The position numbers were made by a program, and so were the translations under genes. This document shows, piece by piece, positions 30,581-45,572 of a stretch of 64,000 bases of DNA (position 1 is its first letter; each line of letters begins with the position of its first letter). The DNA is from the human T2T-CHM13v2.0 reference genome, Homo sapiens. The stretch lies in assembly GCF_009914755.1 (NCBI RefSeq), contig NC_060933.1; one strand, 5' to 3'. The notes below the pieces were generated by a model. It did not search any database. It saw only the letters and a list, made by a program, of their open reading frames with translations, and was not told the DNA's origin.

Positions 30581-32688
30581 CTAACTCAGAAAAATACACA
30601 AGTAGATTAATACACTGATATGTGGTCCTAGATCATTTAAGGAAGAGGTACAAATCTAGTTATATTAATACACTGTGACACATTTGTACATCCCAGTTAC
30701 TGATTGTTCGGAATCTGCACCCACCTGCTTTCCTGATCATTTATCTCAGCATGGCTTACGAGCCCAATCTTGAACTAGTACCTATTAACCTCTTAGCCTC
30801 ATTTCTTCCTTTTCTCCTACAGGAATTCACTCTCCACATTGAGTTACTGTCAGGCCATTGCCTTTCTTTTACCTGGGCCCTTACCTATGTTCTTTTATTT
30901 GCCTGAATTAGTGCCCTCTTCTCCCTTTACCTGGATGTCTAGTACTTGCTCTTGAACAGGCTTAGACACAGCTCCTCAGGAAGCTCTTGCTGATTCTCCA
31001 GGCCCATTTGAGGTCCCCACTCCACAAGTTCCCATAGCCCTCTGGATTTCCCAACCATAAAACTCAACAAGCTATTTTGAAATTGAATTTTCTCCCCCAA
31101 TAGAATTTAAGTTATTTGAAGGTCAGGATGTCTTGCCCCACTGTCTTATATGGTACCTGACATATCATAGGAGCTTGAGAAATATTTTTTGAATGAACTA
31201 AATTAAAAAATGTTGACTGTGACAGGAAGAAACTACACTTGAAAATGAGGCTGTCAAGTAGAATTAACTAGCAGAAACTGAAACGTACTGTCAAAGCAAG
31301 CAACAAATTAAAGCCAATGATATTTTTTACTTTATACTATGGTGCTGAATTAGACGTGCTAACGTTACACAGATGCACGCCAGTTATGGTAGTGCTTAAG
31401 CTTTTGTTATATGATAAAATACATCTTTTATTTTAATTTATGTTAAATTAGGTCTTCTGTAACTTCTGGCTGAATATATCTGAATTGATCTCATTGTGTC
31501 TCACGTCTTCTTGTTTCTTCAAAATTTAATTCAATTTATATTTTCTCTTTCTCAAAGGGGCTTATACTTGGACAACTCTCTCCCACAGGAAGACATAATA
31601 GCATATTAACTCTGAAAAAATGTTTTAAAAAGTATTTGATTTTTCATTCATGCTTAAACAATAGCTTGACTGGACCTGGAATCTAAAGTTTATATTTATT
31701 TGCTCTCCATATCCTGTACACATTGCTACATTTCCTTGTGGCATTTAAAGTTGTAAATGAAATAGGTAACGTGAGTCTAATTCTTGTTTCTTTTGTGCAA
31801 TTTCTTTCTTTCTCCATGAAAAGTTATTTAAGATTTTTCCATTAACTCTGCAACTCAGAAATTTCACTAGGAGTAGTCAAAGTATGCCAACCCAACACTC
31901 AGGAGTTATTTGTGGTCTAAAGGATTAAGCCATTCTCTAGCTCAGAGAAATTTTCTTCTCTTGGTAGAGAAATTTTTCTCCATCTCCTCTCCTCTCTCCT
32001 TCTGGAACTCCTTATTAAATGGACATTGGGGTTTTTCCTTCTGCCACTGGCATCCCTCAACTTCCATCTTTTTGGTTTGATCAATTGGGAAATTCAAGCA
32101 CTTTCTTTGTTTACTCATTCAGTTCTCCATTGTGAGGAAACTCTCAGTTTGGTCTTTTAAATTACTAATATAGTTTTCAACAGCATTCCTTCCATTCATC
32201 TGCCCTTGTCCTTCTCTTAGAGATAGGACATTTTTTACTTCTAAGAACTCTTTTCTGTTTTCAGTAACTCCTTTTTCATAGCGGTCTGCTCTTGTTGCAG
32301 AGAAAATGGCAATGTCCTCTTGTGAATGGAATGTGATGCCAGGTTTCAAAGTGCTGATAGCTTCTTTTTGAAAATCAATTCAGTCTCACCTGCTTTATAT
32401 AGACCAAGACTTCCCTAAAGATTTTAGTCTTATGGAAAACTTACCTGATTTTCAGCTCTACTATTTTCCTTATTTGTGTATTTCTTCTGTCATTGTCTGG
32501 CATTTTGTAATCAGATTTTGTAAATTCACCACTTTCAACCAGAAATCCTCATAGAGGATATTGGGGTAGCACCTAACCATATTATCATGGGTTTGCAGCA
32601 AAAGTTGCAAAGAAGGATTGTCCTATACTGCACCCATATGGCAATATTAAAAAATTTGATTTTTAGCCTGACTAGTGTAGAGACCTAC

Positions 32689-32886
32689 CTTTACACACAG
32701 CTGCCTGAACTCCGACATTCCATTTTCCAGAAGTGGTACATCTCAGCATTTCTTTGACTCCAGATAAAATGAACCCTTGGCGGCAACTTACATAGCAGAT
32801 CGTCCCAAATTTGGCTGGCTGCTTGCCACAGTTGTGGGGGGATATGATGATATCTTTGGGCATCTGAAAGGTGGAACAGTGGCGCT
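32689..32886 (-). CDS. SVEP1: SVEP1 exon 7 ([12 protein letters not shown]...QAAVCK), sushi/CCP 3
   Basis: Acceptor ccgtag, donor G|gtaggt; 198 nt. Confidence 0.97.
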
Positions 32887-33589
32887 CTACGGTAGGGAAA
32901 CAGAGAGAATGTTATTTGTGTTCCCACAAATTGGAAATGCCATGGATTCTTTTTACTCAAGAAAAATACAATTATGCTGCCTTAGGATTTACGTAAATTG
33001 CTAAATGATAACCATATATGACATTGAATGTATAATATATTGTAAATAATGCTAACCTATACCTCTTTAGTTATCTTTTGCTATTTTTGCCAGTGCATCA
33101 TCAAAACTTTCAAAAACTTCTGATATTTTAATTAACACTGATTTTGACTTTTATCATTTGCTTGGAGCACATTCATTTAGTTAGCAGAATATTATTTTAT
33201 GGCTTAGAAGTAGAAAGTCATAAATCGAATTCCATATTTCATGGATTAAGTGATATATTCAGCAATCTCTATTTTATGAGCTTTTTGGTGCTATTTTTAA
33301 GCAAGCATATAATGAGAAAAGTTTCTAATAGCCTTCCTAAAATCACTGTTATATTTAGGGCCTTGACTTTGAATGCTATATTTAGCACAGAAAAAGAATA
33401 GCAGATGAATTAGGCAGAATGCAGATGGAATGGAAAATCAAGGCTAGGACTTAATACAGGGAGTGCATGTGAGGGGGCAGCGTGTGCACACACCCATAGG
33501 CACATTTGTTTTTTGTAGTAGAGAATCTACTGGCAGCATTACTCACATTTTTAGTCTCTATTTTCCATGTTATTGGAATAGCTGAATAA

Positions 33590-33780
33590 ATAGCTAACAT
33601 TTATTCAGTACCTACTATGTGCCAGGCATTATTCTAAGCACTTTGCATGTATTATTTAATCATATGCTGTAAGAAGTATTCCAACTTACAAATGAAAACT
33701 GAGCACACTAGTAACTTTCCTAAAGTCACCATGCAAGTAAGTGGCAAAATCTGTGTGCTACTAAACACTCCACTATCATA
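33590..33780 (-). mobile_element. MIR
   Basis: aacatttattcagtacctactatgtgccaggcattattctaagcact. Confidence 0.65.
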
Positions 33781-35745
33781 CTTCCTCCATGAAATAATTT
33801 CTTTCCAAACTGTGCCAGCAAAAGCCATTTTTTTTCCAAGAAATGGTTTGTCTCTTTATTTCTGCACGGTGTGAACTGCATGCCATCCCAGACCTCCTAG
33901 TCTACTTTGATCAACAGGAAAATCAAAGCCAAATTTGTGGTTCGACGATAATGACAATGTGGGACTCAGTATCCTTTATTTACAGCTGGGCCTATATAAA
34001 GTAAGAAAATTATCCTTTTGGCTGTCAAAGTTGTTGAAAATTTTATTCTTTTTTTATTGTTTGTTTATGGTACTTACAGTGAGCGTGTCTTTAACTTTTA
34101 TATAGTCTAATCTACTGAGTGTTTTTCTTTTTGAAGTATTCCTTTGCTTTTATGCTTAGTAAGTTCTGAGACTGGTTAGCATTCACTTACATATGTTAAA
34201 TACATTCTCTTCCAGGTTGTAATGGTTTTATCTTTTACCTTATCTTTAAAATCTATGAAGAATTTATTTCTGTGTTCAGTGTGAATTGAAAACATACAGG
34301 AAACTTTATTTTGTTTTGTTTTTCACAAGGAGCTAGTCAATTTTCCCCTATGATCAGTTAAATAAATTTTTTTTCCCTCAACTGACCTGTGATACTTCCT
34401 TAATTGTAATCTGTATGGCAATCCTTGCATATTCTTAATCTTTGCAGATTAAAAAAGATTTGAAAACCTGATAGAGCTACTTTCTATTTACTATTCCTAT
34501 TGCTCTTCCTTTTCAAACTGATTTTAGTGATTGTTCATTACAATATTTTTCTAGATGAACCCTAGAATCATTCCCTAATTCCAAAAGAAGGGCAAAAAAG
34601 AAAATCCCTTTTAAGCTATTGAATGAGTTTGCATTCAGTGTAGTACATATATATGTAATGCATATATATGTAATGTGTTAAGTTCTTTCCTTAGGTTAAT
34701 TTGGAAAGAACTTAACATAAATATATGTACTATATATTAATATAATTAATATACATATATAAATTATAAAATAATACATATATAAATTATGTAGTAATAT
34801 AATATATACAAATTAATATAAATAATTTATATATAAATACATAATTTGGAAAGAACTTAACATTTTGAAAACATTTTATATAAATATTAAAATGTTCTTT
34901 TCATCTCTCGGTAACATTTTTCTGGTTTGCTTAATACAGGTTCCACACGTTTCTATTTAAGGTTATTCTGACATATTTTATATTTTCCATAGATCTTTTG
35001 AATGTCATATTTTACCACATGTTCTGTTTATCATTGTATATAGAAAAGCTATTTTTCTTTATTTTTTCTAATGTCTGCTGGCAGATATATTTGCTATTTT
35101 AATGACTTTAATGAGCTCTCGTTGATTAGTAGATTCATTCTATTTTGTTGTGGGGGGGGCAGGCTTGTAGTCTACAAATGATGATGATTTTCAATCCCAA
35201 TATCTCTAATCTCATAATTTCTTACAAGAGCTAAAGCTTAGAGAATAGTACTAAACAATGTGAGCATATTTTTCTTTTGCCAAATTTGATAAGACTGTCT
35301 ATATTGTTTCTCCATAAGTGGCTGCAGATTTCAGATTGATATTTTTTATTGAGTTATATCAATATGAGTTTTAAAACATTTTACTGAAAATGTGTTTTAA
35401 ATGATAATGAATGAATTTTTATCTTCTACTAAGCAACCATACAATTTTCTTCCAATTTGCTATAATGAAGTAATTTATTATATTGATAGATTACTTAATT
35501 TTAACTCCCTTTTGCAATCCTAGAATAAACTCTACTTGATTGGCAGATTATTTTCTTTTTTCAGTGTGGGTTGCTAGTATATTTGCTTTTACAGCTTTTA
35601 CAGACCAATGTAATGTTGGTCTATAATTTTCTATCTTTTTTGGTAATAATTGTCAGGTTGACAATTAAATAATAATACCTCAAGAATATGAATTGGCTGG
35701 CTTTCCATTATTTAGGCCAAACTATATGGTATGGAAAGTTCTTAG

Positions 35746-36045
35746 AATTTTTTTTTTTTTTTTTTGGACAGAGTTTTGCACTGTCGCTGGGGCTAGAGTG
35801 CAGTGCTGTGATCTCGGCTCACTGAAACCTCTGCCTCCTGGGTTCAAGAGATTCTCCTGTCTCAGCCTCCTGAGTAGCTGGGATTACAGGCATCTGCCAC
35901 CACACCTAGCTATTTTTTTAGTATTTTTAGTAGAGACAGCGTTTCACCATGTTAGCCAGGCTGGTCTGCAGCTCTGACCTCATGATTTGTTCACCTCAGC
36001 CTCCCAAAGTGCTGAGATTACAGGCGTGAGCCACCTTGCCCGGCC
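35746..36045 (-). mobile_element. AluS
   Basis: Reverse Alu dimer. Confidence 0.88.
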
Positions 36046-36681
36046 AGAAAAATTCTATTTTTGAATTTTTCTTACTTATATTTTAAATTCTATTTTATTA
36101 CTTTATTTAAAGCTTTGCTTCTTAACCATTCTCCTGCATCCATTCTCCCTTTATAGTTCTTTTTCATTTACTTAAACAATTCTGGTTATATCCTTCTTTC
36201 AATTTGCCTTGCAGTTGTTTTATTTTCCTAACTTTTCAGTTGAATGTTCAGTTATTTTTATTTGTTCTTGTTTAATAATAAAGCAATTTTTAAGATTCAC
36301 TGGTTCCTAATTTTGTCCTTCCATTAATAAGGTAAATGTAAAACATGTTTAACAAAGCAAGGGTATTATGAGGCATTTGCGTTTTAAAAAAAAATCCATC
36401 CAAATTGGCCTCAATTAAAACTAAGAAAAAAGGCATGGTCATTTGAAGGTATAAACCTCTGTGAGTTAGAAAACAGAATTCATTGTAGAAGTTCCTTTAC
36501 TAGTGGAGAGGAGTAAGACAACACATCTGTTTTTGTATCTGTAACACCTGCACCTGTACATGTGGATATGTATTTATACTCATTACCAGCTAGTGTTTAG
36601 TTTTAGGTCTTCACAGAATACTGGAGAAATCAGAGCAGAGGAAATGAATCACTCAAGGCATTACACCTTCTAGAAACTTAC

Positions 36682-36861
36682 CCACACACCGGGGTTCTGG
36701 CCCATCCCACTGGCTGTTTCCTTGACAAGTAAGCTTATCACTGCCTTCTAGTCTGTACCCTTCATCACAGGCAACCAAACATGTTGTCTTATATAACATT
36801 TCCCTTGTAGAACAGCTGATGTGGCCATGTTTCGGCTGGCGGAGATGAGGACATGTTCTTA
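36682..36861 (-). CDS. SVEP1: SVEP1 exon 6 ([10 protein letters not shown]...GPEPRCV), sushi/CCP 2
   Basis: Acceptor acatag, donor G|gtaagt; 180 nt. Confidence 0.97.
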
Positions 36862-37497
36862 CTATGTAAAATGAAAGCAATTAGATCACATTTTGCTAAA
36901 TAAGGATAAAAATAATAATTACAAGTTTAGCAATGCCTGCACATTGCAAGCAAGACAATTTTCTTTTCTTAAAATAGCAAACGACACATAATACACCACC
37001 ATTTTTTGAGTTCTTATGGGACAATTGAAAGTTCATGTTTTACCAAATGCATTGCCTAAATAATATCATCGCATGCAGCCCTCTGCCCATAGGTGGGAAA
37101 CTTAACCTGTCTAAGAGGCCTGGCCCTACATGGAAGATGGTAACTGTAGATTAGAGGTGATCACAAAAGGGAGGTACCTGATGCTCTCAGCTGGGCCTTT
37201 CCTGTGATTTTTCAGGCTACATTCCAACAAAAGGAAGTGGTATTTTCCAGGACAGAGTTTTCAGGTTCATGATCGACTTGGTTCTTAGACCTCATGGGCA
37301 TATCCTAGGCCTTCTAATAGTGTTAGCCTCTGCAAAGCTACCCAACTTCTGCCATCTTCGGTTGTGGTATTCTACTGTCCAACCCCAGTTCTTGTTCTTC
37401 CAGCTTTTTCACTTCTCCTTCCCACAAATATTCCTGCCAATCATAGCTCATGATACGAATCTTGACTTATGCATTAACATCAGTTTATTTTTGCTGC

Positions 37498-38330
<833 letters not shown>

Positions 38331-39450
38331 CCTTCTGCCCAGCATTTGGGTCCTTGATACCAGCTATACACAATTTCTAATTCCTTCTGCCCAGCATTTG
38401 GGTCCTTGATACCAGCTATACACAATTTCTAATTCCATCTGCCCAGCATCCATTAACTCTTCCTTTGTTAATTTTTTAGGGAAAGATCTTCCCCCTTTCT
38501 TGGATCATGGGATGTGTGTGTGCTCCAAACGTGCTCGGGGTAGAGCATGTTATCTAGGAGCACATTTCCCCGGCCAGAGAAGTGAGCAGGCACAACTTGT
38601 GACATGGTTTTCTTCATCTTCTTTGAATTCACCATGAGAAAGCAGTAGGAAGGATATTCACTAAACTGCGGATGCTGAAAACGCCCCCGTACCTCAGCCA
38701 GCCTCAACATCATCATCAGAAAAAGTGCCACGAGTTATCCAGAGAAACCTGCATTTCCGCGGTTCTGCCACCTTTGAGTCTCTGTCCTCAACATTACATC
38801 AGAGAAGCTACCAGAGAGCACTCACACTGTTCCAGCCTCTGCAGGTTCCCCAACGATGTCTGTGTTCTGAGTTTTCCTGGTAAGAGTCTCCAACTGCCCA
38901 CTCAAACCCAACAATGTATGTTAGAGTCCATTTCCATTGATTTCATCATGCCCTCTATTCCTGTTGATGGCAATCACTTAGAAAGTCCAAGGCTCTATAG
39001 TTATCCCTCATCCACCAGGGTTATCCACATGTAGCTGTGTTCCAAATCTATCCCCATAGACCCTTGGACCTGCCCCCTAGAATAACGATGGTTTCAGTTA
39101 ATCCCCTCATATCCTAAACTTCCTTTTGAGCAACTTTTCCTTCACTTGATTGCCCTAATAAAAATTATATTGTCTTCTGTAACAGGGACTGGAGGTGAGG
39201 AGGTGTCTCTGTTGCTCCTGATTGTCTTCCCAGATCATTCTCTCTCCTTCCTTCCTAAAAACTTCCAGCTCCTTTGAAGTATCATATTATATATCCAATA
39301 ACCTTTTTTAAATTCTCTCTCTCTCTCCTTTCTCTTTTTTCTCTCTCTCTTTCTCTCACACACACATATACCCACACCTTAGTGACTTCCTTATCTATGT
39401 AAATGATCATTCCAGTATCCTGGAGTTATATTCCTGATCTCTTATTTTCT

Positions 39451-40078
39451 TTTCTCTCTTTTTTTTTTTATTATACTTTTAAGTTCTGGGGTACAGGTGC
39501 AGAACATGCAGGTGTGTTACATAGGTATACACATGTTATGGTGGTTTGCTGCACCCATCAACCTGTCATCTACATTAAGTATTTCTCCTAATGTTATCCC
39601 TCCCCTAGTCCCCAACCCTCTGACAGGCTCCAGTGTGTGATGTTCCCCTCCCTGTGTCCATATATTCTCATTGTTTAACTCCCTCTTATGAGTGAGAACA
39701 TGCAGTGTTTGGTTTTCTGTTCTTGTGTTAGTTTGCTGAGAATGATGGTTTCCAGCTTCATCCATGTCCCTGCAAAGGACATGAACTCATCCTTTTCTAT
39801 GGCTGCATAGTATTTCATGGTGCATATGTGCCACAATTTCTGTATCCAGTCTATCATTAATGGGCATTTGGGTTGGTTCCAAGTCTTTGCTATCGTGAAC
39901 CCTAGAAGAAAACCTAGGCAGTACCACTCAGGACATAGGCATGGGCAAAGACCTCATGACTAAAACACCAAAAGCAATGGCAACAAAAGCCAAAATTGAC
40001 AAATGGGATCTAATTAAACTAAAGAGCTTCTGCACAGCAAAAGAAACTTTCATCAGAGTAAACAGGCAACCTACAGAA
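39451..40078 (-). mobile_element. 5'-inverted (twin-primed) L1PA
   Basis: 3'UTR and tail on the minus strand to about 39900, then a forward ORF2 piece 39901-40078; TSD tgatctctt(a/c)ttttct. Confidence 0.88.
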
Positions 40079-40382
40079 TGATCTCTTCTTTTCTAATGAT
40101 CATATCCTTCACCTTATCTCAGCTTCTACCATTGCCATGCCCTCTAGACCTCGCTGTCACCAATCCAAGTTTCCTAGTCTCTGACAATCACCTCTTACCT
40201 TCTGGGATCACTCCTTCAAGTGCTTCAATCCATCAGTTGCCACACCCTCCAGGAGCCTCTGATCTATCATCTTCCGTAGTCTCCTCTTTAGAGAAAACCC
40301 TCTTGAAAGAGTTTATAATCTTGTCCTACACTTCTTGTCCTCTAGTTCTAACTTAGACTCTCTCCAATCAGGGTTTCCAAGC

Positions 40383-40600
40383 AGGGGAAGGAGGGAGGAG
40401 CGTAAAGGAGAAAGGAAAAGTCGTGAAGAAGGGAGGGGAGAAGAAAGGAAAGAGAAAGGGAGGGGAAACATAGGTGGAGGAGATGAAGAGGAGAGGAGAG
40501 GAGAAGAGGAAGAGCAGGGTGAGGGGAAGGGGAAGTCAGAGCAGGAAAGGAGTAGGGGTAGGGGAAAGAATAAATAGGGAAAAGAAAGAGGAAGATGGGG
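40383..40600. repeat. GA-rich low-complexity polypurine tract
   Basis: Read directly from sequence. Confidence 0.85.
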
Positions 40601-42118
40601 AAGCTGTCAAGACCCATGGAAAATGCACTCTCAGTCAGAAGGCATGCACATTCCATTCACGAACAGAGATTGGAGAGGAAAAAAGAGTCGGTGCCTGTTA
40701 AATATGCCAAATGATGGGGACGTATATTCATCTTGATAGATTATAGATAGAACCTACAAGCATTGGACATCGTACAAAAGACAGAAATAACCCCTACAAA
40801 AGAATAAAGTTCAGTTTCCTCTCAGAGAGCTCTTATAACAATCTCTAAAGATTTTTGAACAAAACATTTGGGACTCAAGAATTTTGTTGAGACTCCGGGT
40901 GGGATATATTTTTTCTTCTTCTACTTTTCTGCATTTGCCAATTGTTCATACCATGCATACATTTAGTTACGTCAAAGACAACCTTAAAATACCAGGAAAG
41001 GAAGCTGGGGGCAAAATGTTCAAGTGCATATTCAATTGAAGTCACTGTTTGAATTTATTCTACAATGAACCCATTCAAATTATATTAATCAGCAGAGCAT
41101 AAGTATTGTGTGCATTAAATAAAAGTTTAGGATCCATTACTCCTTAGAGAAAATGCAAGAGTTAGATTAGAGATTAGATCATAAACCCTAGCCTCTTTTA
41201 TCCCTGGAATGGCTTGGACCAAAGTCAAGTATTAATAAAAAATGATCCGAAACATTTTGCCTTCCGTGTTTTAATTTTTCCTGAATGTGCCCATTTATGC
41301 AAATAGAATCTTTATTGTGTCTATCAAGTGCATGAAACATCTTGTCTTCTGCATTTTGACTTTTATTGAGTGTGTCCTTCATGTGTATCCCAAGGCAAAG
41401 TATGAGGTGGGATTAAAAGGTGAATCAGATAAATTCTGATGTATAAAATTTGGAAAACCATATTAAACAATGTTTTGGCTTCAACAAACTGCCAAGATGA
41501 CTCCAGCTTTCCTAACCTGAGACAAAATGGATTTATTACTGATAATAAATTAGAGTCGGTGCCTCATATAGATGCAAATTATACTGCTTCTCAGATGTTG
41601 GTATTAATAAACTTCCATTGCTCCCCACTGAAAACAAAACATATGCAATAATTCCTATTTATTCCTTAAACATTTCACTCAAGAATGAACACTTAATACC
41701 ATTTTAATAGGTACACACTTCTTAAAGAATTTTCAACTTATATTTTTTTCATTTCAACATGCCGAAAAATCCTGCAATTAATATTTCTTGACTTACATTT
41801 ATGTTATCACAATTCCTAAATATTTATTTGGTCTTTTTAGAAAATAGCAACTTAGACTTTTAAGAGAAAAGTCTACTTGTAGTAGACAATATAAGAAGCT
41901 ACTCTGGTTCCCATCTTAAAGACTAATCAGATTTTTTTTTTTCCAGGCACGTGCTTCCTGTTAGTCTCCAAATTGTGATATCTATTACTGAAAATAAAAT
42001 AAATCTGATGTTAAATGTAAGGTTCTCATTGGTTGAACCTTTTTTCTCAGGTTTAGTTAGTTAAGATTGAGAAACCACAAAAGAATCCTTTCCTGTTTAG
42101 AAAGAAATGCAGAATTCT

Positions 42119-42521
<403 letters not shown>

Positions 42522-43158
42522 TCAACATCCACAAAAACATTAACAATGTAACATGATATTTGTAAAAGGCTTTAGATTTTATGCAGGTCTTTCATTTCTG
42601 CCTCAATCTTACACATATTTTTGAGAAAGTATAATATAACTAAAATTATTCACTGTTCTTATAATTAAATCTGTAAAAATATACTACTTTCTCCATACTA
42701 CCCACCATGAAACAGACATGAAATCCTACCCAACGGCCATATTTCATTGAATCCCCATTGTAAGACACAACATTATTTTATGTGCCACTAACAAAGAAAC
42801 AATAATGCCAATTAAAGGGTTTGCTGCAACTGATTTTAAGATGCATCTCCATTTTAGAGATGTTAAAATGTTTTAAAAAATGTGTTTCAGATTTAGTGAA
42901 ATATGGCATGTGTTTCAGATTTAGTGAAATATGGTATGCGTTTCATAGAACAATATCTGATGTAACTAAATACACTGAGCATTAGTGAAAGTGTAAGGGC
43001 CTGGGTAAGTACCTTCATTCAGTACAACTTTGTATACTGGTAAGTTAGCTGTAGCTTTGGTGGTGAAGTTGAATTGTAGCATCTCTCCTTACTCTGCTTT
43101 AAATTATTTTATTTATATTGGAATTGCAATTGAAATTACATAAAAGAGAACAAGCATG

Positions 43159-43310
43159 CTTTTTTGTAGTCAAGGTCTCAATCTATCACCCACGCTGGAG
43201 TACAGTTGTGTGATGATGGCTCACTGCAGCCTCCAACTCCTGTGTTCAAGTGACCCTGCTGCCTCAGTCTCCTAAGTAGCTGGGATTACAAGCTTGTGCC
43301 ATCACACCCA
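43159..43310 (-). mobile_element. Alu monomer (FRAM or AluJ arm)
   Basis: Single degraded reverse arm. Confidence 0.7.
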
Positions 43311-43679
43311 TGCATGGTTTTTAATATGAAGTGACAGAAGCAGGTCATCAATGTATATACTGTAGTTATCAATGTACATCAACGTATACATTTATCGATA
43401 TGTGTATTTGTTAACTTCAAGTTTCCATTCATTCACCAGAGATATCATCAATGATTGAGGGGCAGAAATAAATTCTGTGCTCATAATGAATTTGGTTTAG
43501 CAGAGGAGGTAGACAAGTTAATTACCAATAAAAGTGTGATGCTTTGTATTGTGACAAGTTAGTTACATTGGGAAATATGTTTGCCAGAATCCCTTTATTG
43601 TGGTTCCAAGTTAGGGTTGATCAAAAGAGGAACTTGCACTTGATTTTGGAAGGCAGAAGTGAGGAAGTGGTCATTGTCA

Positions 43680-44060
43680 TCAGAGTCAGTGATAGAAAAA
43701 TGCAGTGATGCCCAGGGGGTTCCAGCTTGCCCTTGCTTGCCTCCATTCCACGTCCTCACTGCTGATCCCATGACCAGTGGTGGCCCCATGTTCATTGCAA
43801 GGTTCTTGGCTGCAGAGCCACAGGGGCATAACTACACAGAGGTAAAGCTTCTCTTAGACCTTCCATGAGTTTCTCCTTAGCAATTCCACTTCAAAAGCTG
43901 GGTAGCCTCTCAAGTTGACTTGTCAAGAACTCCTCTGATCCTCCCACTCCTCTTCTGTTTCCAAGCTCCTTCTAAAATTGTGTAAGCTCTATTCCCTGAA
44001 ATAAATCCTTCATCCCATAACATGCATGGTGACTGTGCTTCCTTGACTGACCCTGACACA
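43680..44060 (+). mobile_element. ERVL LTR16-like remnant
   Basis: 3' end aataaatccttcatccc..ggtgactgtgcttccttgactgaccctgac. Confidence 0.5.
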
Positions 44061-45572
44061 TAGCATAAGAAACATAATGAGGGGTGGGGGCAGGTCTGCA
44101 GATGCACAGATGCACGTGTAGAGGTCACCCCATTCAGGAGGAGGAAGTTGGCAACAGTGGAGGGTTGAGAGGACCCAGAGCAAAGGCAGAGCCAGGCTGT
44201 GGGAACAGCTTCAAAGGGCCGGCTTCCTGAGAGAGCATGGCTATTTCTTACAGCTTTAGGATCAGACGCGAGGCTTGATTATGGAGGGTGCAGGCTTGAG
44301 AGGCAGGGGCCAGACCTTATCCTGAAAGGGCAGTCTTCTCTGATTTTCTCACTCCTCTTTGGAAGGCTACTGAGTGGCAAGTTAAAATGTAATATTTCCC
44401 ATCCTCTACCGTAAGGTATTTGGAAGAAGGGGTAAAGATTTTACACAGAACTTAGAACTATTGACTTCACGAAAATATATTTTACAAGCTTTCAAGGATT
44501 CATTTTTTCAGTAATGGTATGTGGCTTTTTACCACTTGAGGCTGCATGACTGAAAATGTCTTTCCTTTGCCTTCACACATGAACAGTAGCTTGCCTGAGT
44601 TTAGAAATCTAGGGTCTATTCTTTTCCCTCAGAATCCTGGCAACACAGTCTTATTTTCTAACATTGAGAATGGCCAACAAAGGGGCCTAAGGCTAATCTG
44701 ATTCTTTCTCCTTGGTAGGTAGTGTTGTTTCTAACTATGAAATGGACACAGTTTTCTGTTTTTCTAGGGCATTCAGAAAATTCACTAAGATTATTTCCCG
44801 ACATAAATCTGTTTTTAATATTTTTTTTGTGGCACTTACTAAGTGATTTTAAACTGAATATCCAAGATTTGGGTTGTGAGTATTTTCAAAATTTCAGCTC
44901 AGGGATATATCTTTAGATCTTCTACTGGTGCATCTCCTCCATTCTGTTCTCTCTCTGGATTCCTCACGTGAAAAGAGTCTATTTCCTGTGACTATTCTCA
45001 TGTTACTTTATTCTTTCATATTTTTATTTTTGGATTTTTTTGATTGACCTTCAAATGAATTTCTTGAGTTAGTTTTCTAATTTATTAATTTGACTTCTAA
45101 CTAGGTCCATTCATTGTGTCAGTACCTTTTTTTTTTTTACTTCTAATACATATTTTTCCTCTCAAATTTCTTTCATTGCTTGGAATCCTGGCCTTATTTT
45201 AGCAATGTAGTTGCCTTTGAATCTCAGTGATTCCATTTTTCTTTCTTTTCTGTCAGGTCTCTTTTGTTCAATCTGCTGATCGTTTTCAGTTTTCCTTGTC
45301 TTTTGGGGATACCATGTAGGCCAATTTACATTTATAGATGAGTTCAGTATTGGTACCTAATAAATTGGTACCAACATAGATGTCTCCTGGGATTCACAAA
45401 TGATCTTGGAGTCATGAGTAGGTGGTTCTCCCTTATGGATATGGATGCCAAGAAAAGACCAGAAGACAGAACTAATCTTTAACCAGTGGTCCAGCTGATT
45501 TGTGGGGTTTTGGAGTAGTCAAATCCTCAGCAAAGTGTTCTGCCAAAAAATGACTAGTGGATGTGGTGGGAG

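Noticed and set aside
38468-39034. Overlapping 87-aa and 120-aa ORFs in non-repeat DNA
   Set aside because: No recognisable homology or pseudogene hallmarks, and the lengths are compatible with chance
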